Shown here piece by piece: positions 35,501 through 47,500 of a DNA stretch of 64,000 nucleotides. Position 1 is the first letter of the stretch. Each line of letters begins with the position of its first letter. Position numbers and translations under genes: made by a program. The notes beneath the pieces are model-generated. The model was given only the letters and a program-made list of their open reading frames with translations. It did no database searches and was not told the origin of the DNA. This DNA comes from a virus, in the IMG/VR virus record IMGVR_UViG_3300017917_002762, positions 32,001-96,000 of that record. The stretch is one strand, 5' to 3'.

Positions 35501-38500
35501 AAATTAATATTTAAAGAAAATACAAATGGATCTTTAGCAGCATCAACAAATCCAGAAAGGGCTTCTGATATATTTTCTGATATCCATCTTCCTTCAGCAT
35601 CTGTTTTAGCATTTAAATAAAACTGACCAATTTTTGTTTCATTATGTGAAAGATTAATACTAATAGTTCTTTTAATTTTACCATTTACTGTTTCTTGTGA
35701 TTCTCCCTCATATTTAACCATAAATTTAACATTACCAACATCATATTTTCCTGATAATATTATATCAGCAATTTGACACATAACATGACTTGTAGATTGT
35801 AAAGCAGCAATACCAACAAGACGTTTTCCAGTTAAATACCTTTCACGTGTTTCAGCAGATTGTATAAATTTACGCAATGCTAACATAGAATTTTCAGAAT
35901 CTTTCTTTCCTTTTAATTCATTTATTTTATTAGCAAGTGATTTAAGAGTAGCAGTACTATTAGGCATTACAAGCTGACGATAGTTTTCTGGCATAGATAC
36001 AAGATCTTCCATTATTTCCCTAAGTTCATTTTGCAAAGATTCTTTAGTATCTTGACCTGCTTCAATATAAAGTATATCTTCAACTATAGGTTTAAACTCT
36101 TTCTTTTTATTTTTATTTTCTTTAATAATATTTCTACGATAATCATTATACTCAACTAATGAATTTTTTAATTGTGTATACATATCATATTCTTCACCCG
36201 TTATATTATTTTCTTTTAAATATTCTTCTAAATTACCAAACTTACCTTTTCCACTAGTAATTGAAAAATTATTTAAATCATCAATAAGATCAGCAAATTG
36301 TTCTTCAGATAAACCATTTATTATTTTTCTAATTGATTTTGAAATGTTATCAAAAAAAGGACTTTTCTTAAAATCAACTATTTCTTCTTTTGTAAATTTA
36401 GAATACTTTAATACATAATTAGGAATATAAAGATTCATTTTATCAATATCAAAGTCAGAACCAGCCTTACCTACTATTTCTGTTGGTACAACAATCATAT
36501 CTCCACTTTCTCTAGGTAAGAAACCTTTAACCACTATACTTTCAATAGAGTTCATACCTTGTGTAGGAATACGGAAACCAATCATTTGTAGAAGTCTACT
36601 ATCCATATTTTTTGGTATTTCATATACTCCATTTTTTAATTTAAGTCCAAAATCTTCTGGATCAATACCTTCAAAAAACCATGGCATATATATTTCCATC
36701 TTTGAAATTTTACCATTTTTTAATTCATAAAATTTCAAATCAGATGATGTAGGTATAATTGTTTTTTTCTGTTCATCAGTTAATTTTTCAAGATCATCAA
36801 CTTCAGTATAAACATCATTATCAAGATACATCATTTTTCTATTAGTAGAATTGTATCCAGATGATGCAACTTGAACAGCTGGTTTACCAAACATTTTAGC
36901 AGATATAACTCTTGAGTCAACTATTTTATTTAATATATTGTCAATTTTTTCTCTGTTGGCAAGAGTATCAAATTTATATAATAAACCTTTAGTCTCTGAA
37001 TTTATATTTAAAGCATCAACAAGGTTAGATGGTAAATCTCTTTTAATCAATTCATCACGTAATAACTTAATCATTTTTGTATAATCAAGTACTTCATAGT
37101 TATTATTAGAATCTACTGTAATTCCTAATTCATCAAGTAATTCTTCTTTACCTTTAGTTACAATTCTTTCTAACACTTTATTATATCTATTAACTAAATT
37201 TTCAGCTTTTGAATTAACATATTTACCATTAACTTTAAAGTTAGACATTATAAGTTTTGTAACCTGAGTACCTCTTACAACTTTATCTTTGTATATAGCA
37301 GGTTGTTCAGATTGTATACCATAATATTTAGTATATAATTCTTGTATACCAAGTCCCTCTGGTAAAGACCATGACTTAGTTTTTTTATTATATTCAACAT
37401 TTATAGAACCATCTTGTTTATGAAAATCAATAAATTCACCAGTTTTAGGATTTACCAATGCTCCAACTTTTTCACCTGATTCAAATCCAATAATATCAAT
37501 TTGTTGACTTTGTGCAGCTATATATAATTTTTCATATTCTGTACCTTCAACATTTCTATAAAATTTAGGTTGAACAGAGTGTTTTAAAAACACAGGATGC
37601 ATCATAGAAGTATTGACAGCATATCCAAAATATTGTGGTTTAATAACAGGAAGTGGTACATTTGGATTTCCTTTTTCTAATATAGATTGGGCCCACTTTA
37701 AAGTGTATTTACCTTTTTTATATTCTTTATATCCAGCATCTGTTTTAGGTTTATTTGAACGTGCATTAATTTCATATGCTAATTCGTAATCTATTTGCTG
37801 AAGTTGTTTGTTTGAAAGTTTACTACTTAATAAGAGCATATCACGATACATATCTGCCATAACCCATCCTTGACCATCTGCTTCATTTAATTCTATATAA
37901 GCTTTAATTTCTCCAGTAAATTTACCTTTTTCTAAAATAAAATTTTTAAAAGATCCATCTTCGTTAAATTTAGCACCAATTCTGTTTTCTGCTTCTTCTT
38001 TTGATAATTCATCTCTTCTTATTGAATCATATAATCCTTCAGCAATTTGTTTATAATAATTAGATACAGCTGTTACATCTTTAAATGCTATATTTTTAAA
38101 GGTTTGAATTTTATTAGTACTTCTAATCTTAGAATCAAATCTTGGAATTAATCTATCATATTCTTTGATAATCATAGGATTATCAACTATAGCATCTTTA
38201 GATGAATTAATACCATTAGCACGTTTTGCAAGATCTTTATAAAATGCAGGATGACCATACAATAATTTATGTTGTTCTGTTACAGCAAGTTCTTTATTAA
38301 TTGTAATATATGTAACAAGTTTTTCTACATCATTATGTGTCATGCTAGTAGCATCTATATTAAAATAATTTTCTAATACAGTGTTATCAATAGCGTTAGT
38401 TGAATAAATAAAATTATTAATATTATCACCAGATCTATTTAGTATTCCAAGTTTAACTAATGATTCAATTGTATAATCAACTGTTTCATTAAGATCATTT

Positions 38501-41500
38501 TTTATAAATTCTGAAATACTTGGTTCTGCTAAAAATTCATCTTTAGTAATTTTACCACTAAGAAGCATTTCATATCTTTTTTGTAAAAATGATTTTTTTA
38601 AACCACTTTCTTTTAATTCTTTTTCAGTTTTAAATTGTAATACATCTTTAAAATGACCAAGATATTTAACAGAAGTAGAATAATTTTTAATATTAGATTT
38701 AGAATCAACTTCCATTAATGCAGCATCTATTTCATCAGAAAGATGCTCTAAATATATATTTAATACATTACTAAACTGACTACTATTAATTCCATATCCA
38801 GCAATATTAGGACTGATAAAAGGTTTTTTAAATGACAATGCAAACTCAGAACTTTTATCAGAATTAATAATTGTAAAATAAATTGGTTTTAATCCTTCTT
38901 TATCAGCATTAAGTATATAATTTATTTCTTGCATTATACGGTCAGGATATGTTAAATTAGCAGTATCCGTACCATTTGTATCCATAGAACTAACACCAGA
39001 TATAAGATAATAATTTATACCGTTTTTTTTATCTCCACGTTCATCAAATATTAAACCTCCTGGTTTTAAAAGTTGTGAATTATTTTGATAAGGATGTAAT
39101 ACTATAACGGGTTGTCCATCTTTATAATCTACCGTTCCAAATTGAGGATTAGAAAGAACAAATTCTTCTAGATTTTTTGATTCATTTAATGATGAAAGAA
39201 CATAATTTATACTAGCAGGTAATGTTATAGAATATTGATTTTGACCAGAAGCAGTAGTAGACATTAAAATACTATTGTCTGTTCTCATCATAGTTTCTAC
39301 AGCAATTAATTTTTTCATATTATTTGACTCAGGACCAACAGTTGAAAATAAATCATCTAAATATTTAATGCTATTTTCTTCACTACTAATTATAGAATTT
39401 TTAATATTTTTAAAAGACTCTATAATTGTTGCTTTATTAAAATTAATAACTGGAGGAAATGATGATTTAAGTTTTCCATTTTCATCTGTTGTTCCACTAA
39501 ATATAATTCCTAAATCTTTTAAATATTCTAATACAGTTGGAAGAAGTAAATTTCTATCAGCATCAGCTTTAAGACTTTGGAATTTTTTATATTGTTGACT
39601 ATTAGGGTCAAATACTATATTACCCTCATTATCAAATCCCAATATTTGATTATTGTTTTGAGACTTATCCATTAAGAATTTAAGATTCCTAGGAGTGTTA
39701 TTCATCCATTCTTCTCTGATTCTTTTTTCATTAGATTCATCCAATGCATCTATAGAATAAATATCTCCATTTTTATTAATGATAGTTCTTAATGGATTAT
39801 TCTTTTTGTTCATTAAACTTTTTTCAAATCCAATTAAAAGTTTAATATCATCTATATTTAAAGTTTCTTGTGTAAAATATCTTCCTTCTTCTCCAGCATA
39901 TTTCAATCTATTTTTTAATCTCTTGATCCACACAAAATTATCAATATATAAACCTTTACTTTTATCAAAATATTTATTATCAAGTTTATCAAACATTGCA
40001 GATAATGCATCATAAAAAGTAATGTCACCATTTTTAACAATCATTCTTGAATATGTACCATTAAGTTCATTTAATAATAAATTAAAAGTTGTATCAAAAT
40101 CTACAAGTGATGGTAAATCTAAATTATTTCTTTTTGCTTTTATTACTAAATTACCTTCATCATTTTTAAAATATGCATCATTTGTTAAACTTCCAACCAA
40201 TATATTAAATGATGTAGCTGTTAATCTTTTTGGATCAATGAATATTGTATCTCTAATGCCGCTATTATCATTAACTTCTAATTCATCTGTAGGTTTATTT
40301 CCTTCTTGATCTTCAACACCTTCAACTTCTTTAAACTTTAATCCATATTTTTGAAGAGATTGTTTTAATATATTATAAACTAATAAAGGATTTTGTTGAG
40401 CACTATCAAACATTATAGCAAATCTATTTTTAGATTTAAACTCAGCTATAGCTTGTGACCATAAATCATTTGCTTCATCTTGTGTCAGATCTCTTCCATT
40501 ATATTTTATTTGTTTTATAGCTAATGGAGCATAATATCTTTGATAACAAATGGAATTTTTTCCATAAATATTATCCCATACATTAGCCATACTTTTTTCA
40601 AAAAGTTCTTTTAAAAGTTTATTATTATTTGAGTCTTCAGATAATAAAGTTTCTATATTAGATTTTATAAAGTTTCCTTTAGAATCTTTAAGAAGATTTG
40701 GATTATGTAAATTGGTAAAAAAGTGAGCTGTCAAACCTTCAACAAATTGATTGGTAAATTCTTGTGTAGTATTAGGTATTGTTTTTGTAATATCTTCTAA
40801 TACTGCTTCTCTATAAGTAGTACCAATTTCTGAAACATTTCTTGCAAATCTAACATTAGCGTAAGAACCATTATTTATTTTATTAAATACACTATGAACA
40901 AGTGATTCACCTTCTTTCTTTTCTTTAGTAGATAAACCAATATATTTTTTAATTGTATTCCATAAATCTCTAAAAAATTCTTTAATCTTTCCTGTTAAAG
41001 ATGTTTCTTTTTCAGGGGTTATATCATATTCTTCATTTAAAATATAAGTTCTAAATTCTTCCGCAAGCATTTCTCTAACATCATAATAAGAAGCATCTGC
41101 ATAATTTTTTGTTTCTTTAGTAAATGGATTGGTAAAAGTACCAGTTCTATTTCTAAATTCATTTATTAAATCTGCTTGTTCAAATTGATTAAGATATGCA
41201 TTCCAAATTGCTTCAAATGCTTCATGAAATCCTGTACCTATTTCAGCATTTTCATATATGTATACAATTCCATTTTTAAAAGCACCCCAAGCTTTACCAT
41301 CTATTAATTCTGCAACTTTAACTATTTTAATATTTGGTAATTTAGATTTAAACCAAGCTTCCATTTTTGCAAAATCTTCTGTTTGCATTACTGTATTGCT
41401 TAATCTTTCTCTATAAAACTCTTCGTTATTATTTGCAGGATTACCACCTAAATTGTTAGGTTGTGTACCATTAATAACAGTATTTAATTCAGTACTAGAT

Positions 41501-44500
41501 ATTGGAGCTGGTTCAACAGATGTTGTTGCTGGTTGACTAGATGTTGGTATAGAAACACTTATACCTTGACTTTGAATAGCTAATAACTGTTGTTCTGGTG
41601 TAGAAGGTTGTGTAGAAGTTATAGGTTGAGTTTGAGCTTGTGTTTGAAAACCTGTAAAACCACTTTTCCATAAACTTGCACCTGTAGTTGGAGATGCATT
41701 TTGTTGATTATTTTGAATATTGTTATTTATATTAGTTTGTAAATTTTTATTTTCTGAATTTTGTGCAGCATTATCAAATTTAACATTAATAGGTTGACCT
41801 GGACTTAAAAGAACTACGTTACCAGTTCCTCCTTTTAATGAAGGTATTGAACCTTCTGCTTTTAATTCTTTATTAATAATGATAGGTTCAAAAGGATCTT
41901 CAGGATTATTAAAAATAATATTTACACTTTTTAATTGTGGTGTAGTTACATCTGTTTCACTATATTCTGGAACATTTGTATATATAACAGGTTCTGATGT
42001 TTTAAATAAATACTCTGTATAATTTTCATATTCTTTTTTAATTATAGGATTACCATCTTTATCAATACCCATTTCAAAAAATGGCTTATTTGTTTTATTT
42101 AATAAACTACTATTAACCTGATGATATAATCCTTCTGTAAGTTTTTCTGCATTTTCATCAATATCTGTTGCACTTAATGTGTATCCCACACCTCCTCTAT
42201 AAAGTTTATTATCAGAACTACTTATATAAAATCTATTTTGAGATTCACTTTTATTACCTTCTGTTGTCCAAAAAATTAATCCTTGTAAATAATTAAGTAT
42301 ATCTTCTCTTGATTGTAATTGATTTTTAGTTAATGCTAAAGGATCAACAGCTTCTATTGCATTTATTTTAGCAATGTATTTTAATAAATCAATAATGGTA
42401 TTTTTTTCATCTGTATTAAGTTCTCTATTAAACACTCTAAAAATCTGACCATCATCTCTTTTCATATATAGACGACCTTCTTTAACACCATCAGATTTAT
42501 CTGTTGCAACTTCAAGTTTAATACCTTGACCATTTGGGTGCATTAAGTTAGAATAATCATTAGTTCCTTTCATGATTAATCTATTTTCTAAACTATGTTC
42601 TTGAGGTAAATCAGTTTGAGCATCTTTAGGAAGAATTACTTGTGTACCTCTAGTTTTACCTGAAATAGGAATAATGATTTGTTTTCCTTGTTTTATATTT
42701 TCACGTGTATTTTTAATAAAACTAATATACCCAATTACTATATTAGATATTTGTTCTTTAGTTAAACCTTTAGTTGTAAACTTACTTTCTACCCATTTAA
42801 TTGCATTTTCAAGTGGACCAAATAATTCAGTATTCATCCTAAAACTTGTATATACAATATTATCAGCATTAGGATTATCTAATATTTGACCTGTTATGTC
42901 AACAGGTTTATATTCTCCATCATCATTTTTAACAACTATAACTTTAATATCATTTTCATCATAAGTTATTCCGTAATTATCAGTATCTTTTGTAATTGGC
43001 ATTAAGAAATACTCACCACCACTTAAGTTTAGATTATCTGTAAATTTAAAAAATCTTGCATTACCATTTTTTAAGTTTATATCTGTATCTTCTAAATCAT
43101 TATAATGTAAACCTGTAGTAAGATAAAGTCCAGTTAATCTTAATAATGGTTTTTTTAATTGATCAGGATTATTAAACAACTCTCCTTCATTAGATATTTC
43201 TACAAGATTAGCATCTGGATTTTGTTTTAATAATTCAGCTCTTCTTGCAGAAGTAATTTCTGTTTGTAATCTTCTACGTTCTTGTATGTATGATACTTCA
43301 GAAAATAATTCATCCTGAATATATTTTAAAAATTTAATTCTATCTTCTAATTCAGAATACTCTTTAAGTTGTTCTGATGCTTTTTGAAGTCTTTGTAGTT
43401 TTGGAAACAGCTCAGTATTAATTTTATTAAATGCTTCTTTTGCATTTTTAAACCCACCAGCTAATTCTTTGGCAATTTGAAAATCAAGATTATTATTAAC
43501 AATTCCTCTCCTTAAAAATTTTAAAAATTCTATTTTATCATCATCTTGACTTTTTTCTTCTTCTTCTTTTAAATACTTTGTAAGCCATTTTTTACTATTA
43601 TCACTATTAAGAATATCAATGATATCAATATACTTACTTAATTTTTTCCAAATATCTTTAGCTTCTATAGCAAATTTTTCAAACTTTTGAATTATTTCTT
43701 TAAGTTCTTCTATTTCAAATTCTGTATCAAAAAGAAATTTATCAACCTCTTCTTTAGAATATCTTTTAGTTATAAGATTTTCTCTTAAAGATTCTGCTTT
43801 TGTTTCTTCTGTAGTATAAATGTTACCAGATGAATCTTTTTCAAATGCTTTATTGGCTTGTTCAATTTCATCAAGTGCCATATAATATGCATCTCTTGAT
43901 GTATTTAAACTATCATAGAGTTCTGTTAATGATGTAAGTTCTTCTTTTAAATCATTAATTAAAGTTTCTATACTATTAATTTTTTCAGGAAAAGAATCAA
44001 TAGTTTCTTTCATTTTAAGATACTCATTACTACGTCTACCAGACTTTTTTGGTGGATTTTTTTCTATGTATTGTTGAGCAGTTTGAAGATCTTCACGCAT
44101 TAATTCTACTTCTGCACGTAAATCTTCTAATCTTTTTGTATTATCTTCTCTTTTCTTTTTTGTGTCTTCAAGATTTAATTCTACTCTATTAATTAAATTA
44201 ACTAAAGCTTGTTTTTGATCTTCAATATTTTGTATTTGTTTATACTTTTCTTCTTCTAAAAGTTGATCTTTATAAAATTCATTAATAGTAAGTCCATTAC
44301 CTTTGCTTTGTCTTTTAGAAGCATATTTTTCATAATATTTTAAATTAAATAAAGGTGTAAGAAATTTATTCTTAAACTTATATTTCATTCTAATAACAAA
44401 ATTTCCATCTTCATCATATTCGCCAACTAAAGTTGCGGTGACCATTTTACTTGTATCACTATAATCTTTATCATCTAATTTATGAGGAGTTCCATATTTT

Positions 44501-47500
44501 TCATTTACTTTAATATCAAATTGTTTATCACGATTAATATAATAGAATCTTTCTAATATAGTTAATTCTTTAAAGTTTTTAAGTAAACCAAATTCATTTG
44601 CAAAGTCTTCTGCTTTTTTTGTAAATGTTTCTGGTTCATAATTAAGTTGATATGTTATATTTCCATCTTCAATTGAAATAATTTTAATTACATCATTTGA
44701 AAATTTAGATTTTCTTTTTTGATCTACTTTATCTACAGTTGATTTTTCTTTTAATTTTTCATATAATTTACCATCATCAGTTAATTCACCTTTTTCATTT
44801 TTAAAAATTTCTTTATATGCTTGTATTTCAGCATCTTCTTTAGGCATTCCATTCTTAACTAAACCTTCTATTCTTTCATCTAATTGATTTTGTAATTGAT
44901 CTAAATTATATTTTTCATCTTCAGTTAATTTTTCTTTTTTAATTTTTTTCTCTTTCTGTTTTTCTTTTTCTATTTCTTCTGTTAAATAAAAATTATTCTC
45001 TACAATTTCAATAGTGTGATCATTGCCTTCATTATCCTTTACATCTATTTTAATTCTATTTGCATTTTCATCATATGTTTCATCTAATAATTCTAATAAA
45101 CTTTCAGCTTGTTCTTTAGTTTCATGTTTACTAACTACAATACCTTTAGGAGAATATATAACATATTTACTATTTACTTTTAATATAAAGTGTTTATTAT
45201 TTTTTGGATTTTTTTCAATATAATCAGCACCTGCTTTTTTAACTGCTTCTTCATCACCAAGCATGTCCATTAATTGTCTTAAATGTGCTTTATGTAAATT
45301 TTCAAAATTACTAGGATTAGCAATTAAATTAAAATAAGAAAGAATATTTTCATAATCAGTTTGTAAATGCAAATAGTCAAACATATTACCAACTGTTTTA
45401 TTTAAAATATCAGTTGTTAAATTTGTAATACTTTTATCTTTATTATCTAAAGAAATAATATTAGAAATATCTTGTGCATTTTCATTAATAAAATTTGCTT
45501 TTATTTCTGATATTTTATCAGTGTTATTACCTGCTTCTTCTAGTTCATTTATAAATTTTTCTACACTTTTTTTATATTTATTTAAAAGATCTAGTTTAGA
45601 TTTTTTTTCTTCTTTAAGTGTAGGATCAGATATAGCTTCAAATTCTTTTTCTAAAATTTCAATTTCTTTTTTAAGAGTAAGAGAAGGAGATGTTAATGAA
45701 TATAAAGAATTAAAATTAATACCAGGAAGATTTTCTTTAATTGCACTTAATATTTCAACTTGTCTTTTTGCAATATCTTTATATGTTCCTCCACTAAATG
45801 CAATATGATCTATTGCTTGTTCAGCAGCCATATAATTTGCAACTTCATCTTTATATTCTTCAGTTCCAATTTTATATTTTTTAGGATTATATGGATTACC
45901 ATAATTATTTCTTATATTTTCATATGTATTTTTAACTTCTTTAACTTTAGATTCAAATGTATTTACAAGATTAGTCATTGTTTCTTTAGCTTGTTCTTCA
46001 GACATACCTTCATATAAAGAACCAGCATAAGCTTGTTTAAATTCATCTAATGTAAGATCATTTATTGATTCTTTCATTCTATCAATAACGACATCATCAA
46101 CACCAGACTTAATTATACTTAATACATATTTATTAATAAAATCATTTCTACTATCCCAATAATCTTTTTTTCTACCATCTTTTGCCGATTCATCCATAGA
46201 TGCATTAAGTTCAACCAATGATCTATAAAAATCAGTTTTGTTATTAGTTGCTTGATTTAATGTTGAAACTAATTTAGTTCTTTCTTCATTTGCTCTTTGA
46301 ACACTTGATTTATAACCATCAATGTTCATTTTTCTTTCATAAAGATTTTTACCAGTTCTTATTGTACCACCAAGAACGTTCATTATACCACCAGTTAAAA
46401 AACCACTCATGAATGTTTTTAAACCATCCATTGTAAGTTGTTCTTTTGCACCAGCATATAAAAAATCATTAATACCTTTTTGATTTAATCTTTGTTTTTC
46501 TGTACCATAATTGTATAAATACCATTGTTTTGTAGCACTGTCTATAATATCTTGTCCAGTTTCTTGGACACCTTCCATTAAATTTGTTTTAGTGTAAGTT
46601 ATAGGTGCTTTTAATAATGTTTTAAAAGGAGAAGTTTTAAGTTGATGAGTAAAAGCTGAAATTCCTGTTTTTGCAACAAAAACATCTTCTCCAGCTTTAA
46701 TTGCTTTTTTACTATTAATAAAAATACCTTTTGCAACTAATCCATCATCTAAAAATCTAGTTCCTTTAAATGTTTTAAATACACCATCAAAAGCAATTTT
46801 ATCTGTAAGTGCAATCCAAGCAGCTTGAACAGCACCTTCTGTTTGTATAGTTTCAAATGCTTTTTGTTTTAATTTTTGTTTTATTGCTTCATTTGGTTCA
46901 ACACTATTTACATTTTTATATTCATTAAGAGCCATTTCATATGCTTCATCCATAACAGGAGCAATTGTTGCTTTTGCTTCTGTTATACCAGCATTAATCA
47001 TTCTCATATCGCGATAAAATGCTCCAAATCCCCTAGCTGTAGTTCTTAATGTGGCTACTGTTGGATTAAATACCATTTTATCAACTCTTGCTAATTTTTT
47101 TGCATCTCCTATAAATTCTGTTACATTATTAAAAGGATTAATAAATTTAGTAAAAGAATTATTAAATATTTTTCTTAAAGTACTAGCACTTTGTAATGAT
47201 TTTTCTACTTCTCTTGTCTTATTAATTACATTTCCTAGTTTAGATGCAAGTTGTAAACTTCTTGCAGCTTGAAGTTCACTTGCACCACCAAACGTTGCAG
47301 TAGTTAAAGCAGAAAGAGCAAATTCTTCAGCAGCCATTTCAAGTACAGCACCTATAGCATATCCACTTTGCTGAATCATATTAGCAAAATTAGATACATT
47401 AAAAAAAGTGTTTCTATCTTCTTGTGTTTGAAAAATATGATATTTATTATTAAAATCATTTTGCCAAGCATTAATAGCTTCTAATTCTGATTGTTTAAAT

